Source: a virus (taxonomy: Duplodnaviria > Caudoviricetes). Taken from it: a stretch of DNA of 31,798 nt. The notes beneath the pieces were generated by a model. That model did no database searches, was not told where the DNA came from, and saw nothing but the letters and a program-made list of their open reading frames with translations. The DNA lies in the IMG/VR virus record IMGVR_UViG_3300005804_000113, positions 1 through 31,798 of that record. One strand, given 5' to 3'. Made by a program: the position numbers and the translations under genes. This document shows positions 7,687-17,761 of this stretch, in pieces (positions within the stretch are counted from its first letter, which is position 1; every line of letters starts with the position of its first letter).

Positions 7687-9232
7687 GAAGTTCATTCAGC
7701 GGCATAACAAGGCTCTGACGGAGATCGCATCCAAAACGATCTCCGTCTTGCCTTTTATAGACGATAATCCCGAAGCCAAGGTAGAGAGGATCAGGAGGAC
7801 AACTGCAGAGGGTTGGGATGCCTTCTCATTCTTCTGCCATACCTACTACCCACATATCTTCCCCCTACCTTTTTGCCCAGCGCACGAGACTATGTTCGAT
7901 GAGACTGATAAGGGCTCAGGCATCATCGCCATCACCGGTTTTCGTGGGCTGGGCAAAACGGTGCTCATGGGAGTGGTCTATCCCATCTGGATGATCATCA
8001 AAGGTGAACGCTACGTGATCCATACAGCCGCAGACATAGATCTGGCGCAGGAGAGGACAGCGTTTACCTTACATGAACTGCAAAACAACAAGCGGCTCAC
8101 CATGGACTATCCTGATCTGCAGCCAGTGGATGCCTTTGATCTAGACTTCTATCTCAAGAACAAAGCCAGGATACGAGCCAGGAGTATCAAGCAGTCTCAC
8201 AGAGGGACTATCAATCCTAAGACTGCCAAGCGACCCGGGCTGATCGTCTGTGATGATATCGATAAAGAAGAGAACATGGGTAACCAGTCCATCGGTAAAC
8301 GCAGGATGGAGAAGATTACCCAGGAGCTTGCCGGAGCTCTCTCACCCGAGGGAAATGGCAAGATCGTCTGGCTCGGGAACCTGGTACATCCCAATTACTC
8401 AATCTGCCAGTTTCAGGAGCTCATATTAGGCGAAATGCGGGCAGATAATCCAGATATGGACTTGGGATACCAGTCGGCGCTGAAAACGCACCAAAAAGCG
8501 ATTTTGCGCTTCTCTCTCGAAGATCAGCATGGCAAGTCCATCTGGGAAGAGCAGTATCCCACTGCCACTCTGCCAAACCTTCGAGCCAAGTTCGGGATGA
8601 CAGGTTATCAAAGAGAGATGCTCGGCCAGCCTGTGATTGAAGGGAACATATTCAAGAACCACTGGTTCACCAAGTATCGCACCTTACCTGAACCATCTCA
8701 GATGAAGCGGGTCTGGCTCTATGCCGATCCTGCCTGGGGAGAGAAAGGCTGCTTCAAAGCCATTATCTCCATTGGCTATGATGGTAACCGCTTCTATGTG
8801 ATCCACGTCTGGATACGTCAGACTGAGAATACCAAGTTCTTCCGATACTACTATGATGCCTACCAGGAATTGGATCGAATCTACAGAGTTAAAGCCAGGG
8901 CTGCCTGTGAAACCACATACGGACAAGCTCGTATCTTGGCTGACTTCGATCGGTGGGCTTCTGATAAGAATCTGCCACCCATCAGCCACAGGATCAAGCG
9001 GATAGATAACAAGGACAACAAGAACCTACGCATCGAGAGAACTGAAACCATTATCGAGAACGCCAAGGTGCTATTTCCTGAAGGACAGGATACCCCAACC
9101 CTGATCAGCCAGTTCCTAACTTATCCAGATGGCTATATCGATGGCTGTGATGCTCTGGCAGGATGCTTGGAACGTTTCTCAGAATATGATATCGGCAGAA
9201 ACAGGGTCAAGGTTCGGAAGTTCAGTTTCTGA
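7679..9232 (+). CDS. terL: Terminase large subunit
   Basis: Walker A GFRGLGKT, Walker B LIVCDDID, nuclease motifs YADPAWG and DGCDALA. Confidence 0.9.
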   Translation: MPKKFIQRHNKALTEIASKTISVLPFIDDNPEAKVERIRRTTAEGWDAFSFFCHTYYPHIFPLPFCPAHETMFDETDKGSGIIAITGFRGLGKTVLMGVVYPIWMIIKGERYVIHTAADIDLAQERTAFTLHELQNNKRLTMDYPDLQPVDAFDLDFYLKNKARIRARSIKQSHRGTINPKTAKRPGLIVCDDIDKEENMGNQSIGKRRMEKITQELAGALSPEGNGKIVWLGNLVHPNYSICQFQELILGEMRADNPDMDLGYQSALKTHQKAILRFSLEDQHGKSIWEEQYPTATLPNLRAKFGMTGYQREMLGQPVIEGNIFKNHWFTKYRTLPEPSQMKRVWLYADPAWGEKGCFKAIISIGYDGNRFYVIHVWIRQTENTKFFRYYYDAYQELDRIYRVKARAACETTYGQARILADFDRWASDKNLPPISHRIKRIDNKDNKNLRIERTETIIENAKVLFPEGQDTPTLISQFLTYPDGYIDGCDALAGCLERFSEYDIGRNRVKVRKFSF

Positions 9233-9281
9233 TGGTGTTGACAAAATGCTGAAGCGTGGAAAGGTGTTTGCGGAGGTAGTT

Positions 9282-9887
9282 ATGAGAAATGAACTACGAA
9301 AAGAAGACGCACTTAGATTTTATGCCCTGATGACCATGGGAGGATATCTAAGTATAGATGCATGCATTAATACCGCATATCGTGATTTCTGTAGGACCAT
9401 GCATGGAATAATGGGCAATGATCGCAACGAAGCTATGAGATCAGAAGCTACGGATATCATCAGACGAACGATAGGGAAGGTGTTGAAGGCCAATTTGACC
9501 CAAGACGAGTTCGATAAACTTCATGGCTCAGCATGTAAAGCGATCAAGAAAGTATATTATCAAAACCAAACCTCATTCTTCATCGGTCAAGCACAGAAAT
9601 GGATCAACATGAGCTTCAAGTATGTCTATTTGCTCTTTTTAGCAGACTTACTCGATGTTCCCAAAACCAGCATTGATATTCTGAAGCACAACTATAGGCA
9701 TTTCCATTTACCAATTGATAACATCGTACTTCAACACCAAACTGTAAGACGCCTTTTCTCCGAACACATCGGTAGTGCCGCTTGGAGCAGGATTGATGAT
9801 TACTCTAAGTATCTCGCATTCCAACAGAGTTTACAGGAAGCAGTTAAGATACCACTCATAGTCTTTGAAGGACAGATCTGGAAGTAA
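9282..9887 (+). CDS. Cargo hypothetical protein, possible HhH-type DNA glycosylase-like fold
   Basis: GGAGG RBS before ATG 9282 (the track start at 9129 overlaps terL); GQAQKWINMSFKY...HLPIDNIV...WSRID motifs; TTGACA at 9238-9243. Confidence 0.6.
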   Translation: MRNELRKEDALRFYALMTMGGYLSIDACINTAYRDFCRTMHGIMGNDRNEAMRSEATDIIRRTIGKVLKANLTQDEFDKLHGSACKAIKKVYYQNQTSFFIGQAQKWINMSFKYVYLLFLADLLDVPKTSIDILKHNYRHFHLPIDNIVLQHQTVRRLFSEHIGSAAWSRIDDYSKYLAFQQSLQEAVKIPLIVFEGQIWK

Positions 9888-9895
9888 CACCCGGG

Positions 9896-10774
9896 ATGAA
9901 CTATTACGATAAGCTGATGCTGGAGTATTACCGGGTCCTCAACAATGCCTGGAAAACCGAGATCAAGGATGCTGCTAGGCTTGCAATCCAGATGCTGAAT
10001 GATATGCCACGAGCAGAGAAGCTCAACCAGAACTCAATAGATAAGCTTATGGGCATCATCAATACCCAGTTGGGAGATGACTTCGCAGCACTGGTCAATG
10101 AGCCCACCAAAGCGATAATAGACCGCTGTGTGCGGCTCGGACTCAAGGACACCCAAGTACAGGCTCCCACTAAGACCAGCATTGGGCTCTGGGGTATCGA
10201 AGATCAACATCTCTCATCCACTATTCAGAAGCAGCAGTTGTTCTGGATCGGGAATCACTTTGAAGCCGATGTACGTCAGAACTTCGCAGACACCCTTTCC
10301 AAAGCCATCGAGCAAGGATATACCAAAGAGATGCTGGCAGACACCCTCAAAGGTCAGTTCAATGATCTTGCCAATCGCTCATCCCATTACTGGCAGGGAC
10401 TTGCAGAGCACACCGCACTGAGAATAAGGGAGTTTGGAAGGCTGCAGGGCTACAAGAAAGCCAAAGCCAGATACTACAAGCTCGTGGTGATCTTGGATAA
10501 CCGTACCAGTGATATCTGCCGGGCATTGGCTGCCCAGGATAAAATCTATCCCTTGAACGATGCGCTGGAAGTGATGGATAACCTGATGGCTCTGGATACT
10601 AAGTCCAACAGCCTGGACGATGCCAGAGAATACATCAAAGCGCTTGCACCTTGGATCAAGGACGAACAGATCGAGTACAACTCAGATATGAACCCGGTAG
10701 GTGTCTCCGGAGCGCATACTCCATTTCCTCCATTTCATTGGAAGTGTAGGACTACCACAGTATTGATTTCTTAG
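9896..10774 (+). CDS. Minor head / head morphogenesis protein (MuF, SPP1 gp7 family)
   Basis: ILDNRTSDICRAL and terminal PPFHWKCRTT motifs. Confidence 0.88.
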   Translation: MNYYDKLMLEYYRVLNNAWKTEIKDAARLAIQMLNDMPRAEKLNQNSIDKLMGIINTQLGDDFAALVNEPTKAIIDRCVRLGLKDTQVQAPTKTSIGLWGIEDQHLSSTIQKQQLFWIGNHFEADVRQNFADTLSKAIEQGYTKEMLADTLKGQFNDLANRSSHYWQGLAEHTALRIREFGRLQGYKKAKARYYKLVVILDNRTSDICRALAAQDKIYPLNDALEVMDNLMALDTKSNSLDDAREYIKALAPWIKDEQIEYNSDMNPVGVSGAHTPFPPFHWKCRTTTVLIS

Positions 10775-10963
10775 TAACATACACCAACATTCTCTTGCCG
10801 ATACAACTCACCTAAAAGTAGTCTGTAACCTCCTCTCTTGATCATTGAATAGATAACACAAGGATCATCTATACGAAATGAACTACTTGACTTGTACGGC
10901 GGTCTTTTTTGGATGGACTTCACTCAGAAATGAAGAAAGAGAAGATATGCATTATGATTATAC

Positions 10964-12856
10964 ATGAGATTCTACCAGAGATCAGTTATGCCGATTAGCA
11001 AAAGTGTTGTGGCTAAACCTCACACACCCCAATATCGGATGCACAAATACTTTGCCAGGAGACCTTTTAACGTCTTCATAAACCTAATTGAGCATTATTC
11101 AAAAGAGGGTGACATTGTATTGGATTGCTTTTGTGGTGGTGGTGTCACGATTTTTGAATCAATAGCCTTACGTAGAAATGCAATAGGGATTGATTTGAAT
11201 CCTCTTGCAACGATGATAACTGAAATGCAAATGTTTACAGGAGACATACAACAGCTACGAGATGTTTATAATGATTTTATACAGAACCTCAGGAACAAGT
11301 ACGAGTATGCGTACGAAGTAACTATAAATGATGATCGAGGTATCATTGAATGGGTTGAATGGGCATATCAAGTTGTATGCCCGGTATGCGGTTCGTTAAT
11401 TGTATTGACGGAAGAGAATAAAATCTCTAATGGGATATATAAGTGCAGCAACGAAAAATGCATTGGTTTTGGTGGAGTTAAGCGAATAGATTGTAAGCCT
11501 TTTGGGAGCACCCCTATACGTATCAAGTACTATTCAATCACAAAAAAATCTTATATTACTTATACATTGAATTCAGATGAGATATCAATAGCCTCAGATA
11601 GTACGATTAACAATCTGTTAACTGCTGATTTATCCTACCCTAACTTCAAGATACCTTTAGACTGGGATAGACAGTTGGAAGACCGTTTGGCTGAACGAGG
11701 TGTTCTCGAGTATAAGGACTTTTTTACGCAAAGAAACTTTGCGGTTAATACGCTGGTATTCAATGAGATCATGAACCTTCGCAGATCGGGAATGGATAAA
11801 CAATGGGTTGATTACCTGTATTTCTTGTTCAGTTCTTCACTGCGTTATACCAACAATATGTCCAGGGTAACAGATAATTGGGAAGGGGGCAATCCAACAT
11901 CGTATGATAAGCATGCCTTTTGGCTGCCAAATCAATACATCGAGGCAAATGTGTTGAATACACTAGAGAAGCGTGCTAAAGCAATAATTGCAGGCTGTGA
12001 GTATTCTGCCAACACATTACCATATAACACAAGACGCATATCAAGCATTAATGAAATAGATGGAACATCATATTCATACTTAATTCTTAATCAAAGTTCG
12101 GCGAACCTCAGCTTCCCTAATGAGTCTATTGATGTCGTGATAACTGATCCTCCCTATGGGAGCAATGTTCAGTATGCAGAATTATCGATGATTTGGAATG
12201 CTTGGTACTCTTTGTATAAAGGAATTGGTAGCCCAGTTAATAATAGCCAAGAAGCTGTTGTGAATAGAAAGCTAAAAAAACAGAAGGGGGCAAAGAGCGA
12301 AGCCGATTACGAAGACATTCTTCATCAGATATTTAGCGAATGCTATCGTGTACTCAAGCAAGATGGATATCTCGTGTTTACTTTTAATAACAAGAATATC
12401 AATGTATGGTTAGCTATGCTAAAAGCCGTTGCTAAAGCGGGATTTATCCTCCCTGAAGGCGGTGTCGTCTTCCAAGACTTCGTGAAATCATATAAGAACA
12501 CTAGCCATTTAAAATATGCTGGAAATGTTCATGGGGATTTCATTTACTCATTTCAGAAAACCAACATCCAAAATATTAAAAACCAAACACCCGAGATCAC
12601 ATCATTAAGCGATCTGATAAATATCTCAGTATTAAAAGCGATAGATAGTGTGTTTGAGAGCAGGGAATCTGTAACGACTACCGAACTCCATCAAGAAGTC
12701 TTTATTGATCTTGCTAGGTCTCTAATGGAGTTTGTTACAAGCGAGAGATCATGCCTAAAACTTGATGGGAAGGATATATTCTCTAAGGATATGGTTGATA
12801 TCCGTTTAAAAAAGTATCTGAACTATGACGATAATCTGTGGTCAATGAAAGGGTAG
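10964..12856 (+). CDS. DNA amino-methyltransferase with Zn-ribbon insertion (probably m6A)
   Basis: HKYFARRP, motif I VLDCFCGGGVT, CPVC...CSNEKC insertion, motif IV ITDPPY; AT-rich coding. Confidence 0.88.
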   Translation: MRFYQRSVMPISKSVVAKPHTPQYRMHKYFARRPFNVFINLIEHYSKEGDIVLDCFCGGGVTIFESIALRRNAIGIDLNPLATMITEMQMFTGDIQQLRDVYNDFIQNLRNKYEYAYEVTINDDRGIIEWVEWAYQVVCPVCGSLIVLTEENKISNGIYKCSNEKCIGFGGVKRIDCKPFGSTPIRIKYYSITKKSYITYTLNSDEISIASDSTINNLLTADLSYPNFKIPLDWDRQLEDRLAERGVLEYKDFFTQRNFAVNTLVFNEIMNLRRSGMDKQWVDYLYFLFSSSLRYTNNMSRVTDNWEGGNPTSYDKHAFWLPNQYIEANVLNTLEKRAKAIIAGCEYSANTLPYNTRRISSINEIDGTSYSYLILNQSSANLSFPNESIDVVITDPPYGSNVQYAELSMIWNAWYSLYKGIGSPVNNSQEAVVNRKLKKQKGAKSEADYEDILHQIFSECYRVLKQDGYLVFTFNNKNINVWLAMLKAVAKAGFILPEGGVVFQDFVKSYKNTSHLKYAGNVHGDFIYSFQKTNIQNIKNQTPEITSLSDLINISVLKAIDSVFESRESVTTTELHQEVFIDLARSLMEFVTSERSCLKLDGKDIFSKDMVDIRLKKYLNYDDNLWSMKG

Positions 12857-12858
12857 CG

Positions 12859-14205
12859 ATGATGCATAGTAACCTGTATAAAGACATTAGAATTTACAAA
12901 GATAATGATCTCCAAAACTTCCTTTTCTCATTAGAAGATAGATACTATATCATTGATGAAGTTCAACGGTACGGCAAACTAGTCAATTTTGCCGACAATG
13001 CCAAAAATCCTTATCATCAATGGTTTAGATATCGGGAAGGCTTCGCTGGCAGACTTGTGGAAGACATCCTACAGAGGTCAAATGCTGTAAAAGGTGAGTT
13101 TGTAGTTGATCCTTTTTGTGGTTCAGGAACGACCCCTCTAGCAGCTGTAATGAGTGGATATTGCGGCATAGGCGTTGACATAAATCCAATGGCTGCGTTT
13201 TTAACAAATGTAAAGCTGAAACCTTATACTTGGGATCAGTTAAAAGATGTTGAAAATAAAGCATATTCAATTGATCTAGATAGCCTTTCCTATGACGAAA
13301 AATTGTTTTTAGAAGTTGAACGTTTTTTTGATCAACGTAGGTTAATAGATTTATTGAAAATTAAGAGCTTTATAGATAATTCTGGATCGGAGATAGTACG
13401 TGATATATGTTCCACTGCCTATCTCAGTATTATCGAGGATTGTTCTGAACGCAAGAGAGATGGTAATGGGCTAAAAACAAGACCATCAACAGTCAAGAGT
13501 GTTAAGCTGAAGTTCTTAAGCAAACTTCAAGAGATAATTGAAGACATTAGATACATACGCCCCATTGATGGATCTATTGGCTACGGTATAGCAGGAGACG
13601 CTAGGTCTTTAAATTCGATCATAGGTCCGATACTTAAGGATCATAAATCTAAAGTGAGTTCGATAATATTCTCTCCTCCCTACCCGAACTCATTCGATTA
13701 TTGTGAGTCATACAAGATGGAATTAGTATTAGGGGGATTCGTTAAAGATATTAGTGGGTTAAATGCCCTACGCAGCCGAGCAGTTAGATCTTTTGTTGGA
13801 AGCAAGACGCTCGTTAAAAGCAATAAGTATATCGATATGATTGCTAAAGAAATAGAGTTAGAAATTCCCCAAAAGGAGCAAGCAACTAATCGAATAGATA
13901 GTAGAACACGAAAAGTACCTAACATGATAAAAGGCTATTTTGATGACATGTCTTTGATCATCGATCAATGCGCAATAGCACTCCCAAAGGGGAAAAAGTG
14001 CTACATAGTAGTGGATCAAAGCTCATATCTTGGAAAACTAGTGCCAACAGACCTGCTTCTAGCTTATTTATCAGAGGATGTGGGATTTAAGGTCAACCAG
14101 ATTATAATCTGTCGTAAAGCGAAGACATCTGGTCAGCAATTGCAGAAATATCCTTATCTTGCTGATGCTCTACGCGAAAGCATAATAGAACTGGAGAAGG
14201 CATAA
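12859..14205 (+). CDS. DNA amino-methyltransferase (probably m4C)
   Basis: HQWFRYREGF, motif I VVDPFCGSGTT, motif IV FSPPYPN; ATG 2 nt after upstream stop (track start 12838). Confidence 0.88.
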   Translation: MMHSNLYKDIRIYKDNDLQNFLFSLEDRYYIIDEVQRYGKLVNFADNAKNPYHQWFRYREGFAGRLVEDILQRSNAVKGEFVVDPFCGSGTTPLAAVMSGYCGIGVDINPMAAFLTNVKLKPYTWDQLKDVENKAYSIDLDSLSYDEKLFLEVERFFDQRRLIDLLKIKSFIDNSGSEIVRDICSTAYLSIIEDCSERKRDGNGLKTRPSTVKSVKLKFLSKLQEIIEDIRYIRPIDGSIGYGIAGDARSLNSIIGPILKDHKSKVSSIIFSPPYPNSFDYCESYKMELVLGGFVKDISGLNALRSRAVRSFVGSKTLVKSNKYIDMIAKEIELEIPQKEQATNRIDSRTRKVPNMIKGYFDDMSLIIDQCAIALPKGKKCYIVVDQSSYLGKLVPTDLLLAYLSEDVGFKVNQIIICRKAKTSGQQLQKYPYLADALRESIIELEKA

Positions 14206-14225
14206 CACTTATTCGTAGGGACACC

Positions 14226-17069
14226 TCAAGTAATCTTGCTGGTGTATAGAACATCAAGGTCAGATTCAGTACAAGTCTCTATTACGTCTGTTGTATTCAG
14301 ATACGATTGAATGAATGCATCGGCACCTTTTGCTTTCACAATAGTCTTACTAGTCGATTGATCCAAGTCTATTACATTATCTAAACAAGCTAAGTGTTGC
14401 TTGAAGTAGTTGAACTGATTGTAAGCTGTTGTCCTCGATGTCCACACATCAGCATGATTAAAATTCACATTGAACTCAGCATTTAGCATGTCGAGTACTG
14501 TAATCTTGTTTTCTGAGCTTAGTAACTCAATTCCGGGGTATGTATCTCGTAGATATTTAACTCTGCTAATCCCATCTTCTATGTAATCTTTTGTGGTTCC
14601 ACGTAATGAGTAAAAACCGAACATAAACTCAAACCTAGTAAGACTGTCAAAATTAATTAACAGTTTCAGCAAGGCCCTGTATGAAAATATTATATCTTTA
14701 TCATTTAAAATCTCGTAGTATTTCAGCATTTGTTCGTTGAATACTTCATTGAAGGTAGCGATATCATGATAAACCAGTTTACCAATTTCTGTTAGATGGA
14801 AAGTTCGATTTTGGGCTCGGATCAATCCCAGTTTAACTGTGTGTGACACATTATTGTGATTTATTACTATATGCTTATGCTGCACCGACGAATCTGCTGA
14901 ATTAAACCTATTGATTGTAGGGACCACAAGTTCATTTTTATAAGCTTCTCTATTATAATCTCCCAATGTGCGCACGCACCTGTCGACTCCACCCTGTCTG
15001 GGTTTTCCATTAGCATTTAGTACAAATCTTGGTTCAGCCGTTTCTGGGTCTTTGTTAACAGTAGCAATTCTAATCGACAGGCTATCAGCAAACTCAGAGA
15101 AATCTATCCTAGGTGGGATAACAACCCTTAATTTATCGCTTAGGTTTCGATTGAATGTGCTTCTGCCAGTTCTAGCTGCTTGTAAATTGAGTCCGTTTAT
15201 TATCTCAGCCAACTTGGTATCTTGATCTCTCATAGCCTGGACAACATTGTGTAAGGTTTCAAACGACTCAAAATCCATTTCATCTATCGACGTACATTCA
15301 TTTGGTAAAGGAACTGGAATAACAATACTAGAAACTTTGTCATTGTTATTATTCGATTTCCTGAGTGCTCTGCCGATTGCTTGGATTATGTCAATTATTG
15401 AGTTCTTTGGACTTGCGAAGTATACTGCATCAATAATTGGAACATCAACTCCCTCTGTAAGGCATCTTGCGTTGGATAACACTGCATATTGTGATTTTTC
15501 AAACTCTCGAATAATCTGATGTCTCTTTTTGGCCGTCATTGTTCCGTTGATATGTTGAGTGCTTATGTTATTCTCGATCTGCGGGACGATTGCCTTGAAA
15601 ACATCTTTAAGACATGAAGTATTTCTAACATTACCATCAATGAAAGACTCGGCGGCTTCAATTTTATTGTGGAATGTAATGACCTTTGTTATAGCCTGAT
15701 CTCGGAAGCATACAGCTAGCAATGATTGGAGGAACAAATTCTCTGCAGTATTGTGATTGATTCCGTCTGTGGAAAGATACAGATTATCAATGATGGAATT
15801 CTTAACAAAGTCATCATCTATACAGCAAAGAATAATACGGTAATCAGATATTATGCCTTGCTCAATTGCCTCTCCAAAGTTCAGTCTAGTGAACACAGGT
15901 CCATATCTATCTTCATCATCCATGGAGAATACTGTGTATTCAGTGTTTTCCAAATTACGTTTAATTCTGGTGCTTACTAACCTTTCTGTGGCAGTCATAA
16001 ACAACCTATTAGCTATAGGTATATACTTATCTTCGAGACCGTAAACAAACTGAGCAGTATCTTTGGTACCTGCTGTTCGATGCGCTTCATCAAAGAAACC
16101 AATGTCAAACTTGAACTCATTTAAATGTAACACAGCATATACGATGGATTCCAATGAATGGTATGTAGAGAAAACTATCTTCTTTTCAGCTGTTTCTATT
16201 TCCAAAAACTTTTTAATCTCTTCCCAATCAGTAGTAACGGGAAAACTTACATCCGCAGTGTGCTGATTCAAGCTATCATAAGCTTCAGCATCAACAACCG
16301 TCCTGTCACTACAAACGCATAGAAACTTAAAAGGCTGACATGCTTGGTTGATCCATTCATCTAAGGTCTGCTTGATTAATGATAAATTTGGTACAATATA
16401 TAGGGCTGTCTGAGCTGTTAGTCTCTCAAGAATCCATAGAGCAGTAAGTGTTTTCCCTGTTCCACATGCTGCTATCAGTTTGCCCCTGTCATGATTTTGA
16501 AATCCTGTTATCACATCATCAATCATTTTTAATTGATGTGGAAGGGGATTATGCTTAACAACTTGCTCGACTGGAAGATCCATAATAAAATGACGCAGAT
16601 TCGCAAAAAACAACTCATCAAGTTCTTCTAATCTATCAACTAAAACAGCAAATTGGTTCTTTTTTTTATCGGATGGGATTGGTAGGCTGGTACAATTAGA
16701 TATAATACATCGCTTATCAGCATACTCAGATTCTGCCCAAAATGTAGATAGCTCTGCATATGTAGGCGAAACTCGGTTGGAACGGAATTTTGCTTGATAG
16801 GCGCAGATTTCGCCGAGGCTATTAATAAACACTCCATCGACGCCATAATCAGTTGGTTCTAATTGAAGCTTATCCCGTATTGGCTGTGGAATATCTTTTT
16901 CACGATAAATCTCTTTTATGTCGTATAGAGGCCTGTGAAGCATAAAATACACGAAAACGAACTGCTCAAACACATCACCGATAAGGTCATTATTCCCCAG
17001 CAGAGAAATCTCTTTTTCTAGGTCACACCACGCACTATACGGTTGTTCGAATATCCTGTGATAGGTCAT
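14226..17069 (-). CDS. Mrr-type restriction endonuclease fused to SF2 helicase with C-terminal putative DNA-recognition domain
   Basis: GDVFE...DYGVDG...YQAKF nuclease; PLPHQ, ACGTGKT, FDEAHR, MTAT, LTEGVDVP, QAIGRALR helicase motifs; no methyltransferase motif in the C-terminus. Confidence 0.88.
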   Translation of the reverse strand: MTYHRIFEQPYSAWCDLEKEISLLGNNDLIGDVFEQFVFVYFMLHRPLYDIKEIYREKDIPQPIRDKLQLEPTDYGVDGVFINSLGEICAYQAKFRSNRVSPTYAELSTFWAESEYADKRCIISNCTSLPIPSDKKKNQFAVLVDRLEELDELFFANLRHFIMDLPVEQVVKHNPLPHQLKMIDDVITGFQNHDRGKLIAACGTGKTLTALWILERLTAQTALYIVPNLSLIKQTLDEWINQACQPFKFLCVCSDRTVVDAEAYDSLNQHTADVSFPVTTDWEEIKKFLEIETAEKKIVFSTYHSLESIVYAVLHLNEFKFDIGFFDEAHRTAGTKDTAQFVYGLEDKYIPIANRLFMTATERLVSTRIKRNLENTEYTVFSMDDEDRYGPVFTRLNFGEAIEQGIISDYRIILCCIDDDFVKNSIIDNLYLSTDGINHNTAENLFLQSLLAVCFRDQAITKVITFHNKIEAAESFIDGNVRNTSCLKDVFKAIVPQIENNISTQHINGTMTAKKRHQIIREFEKSQYAVLSNARCLTEGVDVPIIDAVYFASPKNSIIDIIQAIGRALRKSNNNNDKVSSIVIPVPLPNECTSIDEMDFESFETLHNVVQAMRDQDTKLAEIINGLNLQAARTGRSTFNRNLSDKLRVVIPPRIDFSEFADSLSIRIATVNKDPETAEPRFVLNANGKPRQGGVDRCVRTLGDYNREAYKNELVVPTINRFNSADSSVQHKHIVINHNNVSHTVKLGLIRAQNRTFHLTEIGKLVYHDIATFNEVFNEQMLKYYEILNDKDIIFSYRALLKLLINFDSLTRFEFMFGFYSLRGTTKDYIEDGISRVKYLRDTYPGIELLSSENKITVLDMLNAEFNVNFNHADVWTSRTTAYNQFNYFKQHLACLDNVIDLDQSTSKTIVKAKGADAFIQSYLNTTDVIETCTESDLDVLYTSKIT

Positions 17070-17242
17070 TTAATCTCCAATCCTGTCCAGTTAAGCCTAA
17101 ATCGAATCATGCCTACGGGTGAAATATCGCAGACCAAGTATCTTGACCAAGTGGACAATCAATGTTCTTAATCATTGGTGCTAATGTAGTTCACATTGCA
17201 TAACAACGGATCGCAACATTTCCAATCTGTCAATCCAAAAAT

Positions 17243-17295
17243 CTGTCTCATCCTTACCCATCCTGATTTGTCAGCATACAGGATAGTGCTTTCCT
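17243..17295 (+). promoter_or_regulatory. Putative activator-dependent late promoter 2
   Basis: CTGTCTCATCCTTACCCATCCTGATTTG 17243-17270 (25/28 identical to 6782-6809), TTGTCA at 17268-17273; upstream of lysozyme; -10 element poor. Confidence 0.6.
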
Positions 17296-17335
17296 GGCTC
17301 TGGATCAATGATCACATCTGGAACAAGGAGATAGC

Positions 17336-17761
17336 ATGACCGAAGCGTTAATGAACCGACTCAAAGCTCAGTTAGTCAGACATGAAGGTCTGAGGCTCAA
17401 GCCATACCGCTGTACTGCGGGAAAGCTGACCATCGGTATCGGCCGCAATCTCGATGATCGAGGCATCACCCAGAAGGAAGCCTATGCCATGCTGGAAAGG
17501 GATATAGCCGACTGCGAGCAGTGGCTGATCGATGAGATACCTGAAGTTTACAACAGACTCGATGAGGTTCGTCAATCAGTGCTACTCAACATGTGCTTCA
17601 ACCTGGGTATCAAGGGTCTCCTGGAATTCAAGAACACACTGGCGTTTATCGGTGCAGGAGACTGGGAACGTGCCGCCAATGGCATGCTTGCTTCCAAGTG
17701 GGCGAAGCAAGTGGGAATGAGAGCAATAGAGCTATCCGAACTGATGAGGAAAGGCCAGTGA
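17336..17761 (+). CDS. Phage lysozyme / endolysin (GH24, T4-like)
   Basis: HEGLRLKPYRCTAGKLTIGIGRNL catalytic loop, NMCFNLG, SKWAKQV..RA; AGGAG RBS. Confidence 0.92.
   Translation: MTEALMNRLKAQLVRHEGLRLKPYRCTAGKLTIGIGRNLDDRGITQKEAYAMLERDIADCEQWLIDEIPEVYNRLDEVRQSVLLNMCFNLGIKGLLEFKNTLAFIGAGDWERAANGMLASKWAKQVGMRAIELSELMRKGQ

Noticed and set aside
9129-9281. N-terminal extension of the 252-aa ORF
   Set aside because: Overlaps the terL 3' end; a strong RBS supports ATG 9282.
14226-17069. Complete Type ISP or Type III Res enzyme
   Set aside because: No MTase motifs (no FxGxG or NPPY) in the chain, and the nuclease is N-terminal, unlike Type III Res.
17205-17233. Leftward promoter for the helicase gene at TTGACA 17233-17228
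   Set aside because: No acceptable -10 hexamer at 16-18 bp spacing; left unannotated.
17593-17757. N-terminal extension of the 207-aa ORF
   Set aside because: Lies inside the lysozyme gene; the GTGA overlap at 17758 is the more plausible start.
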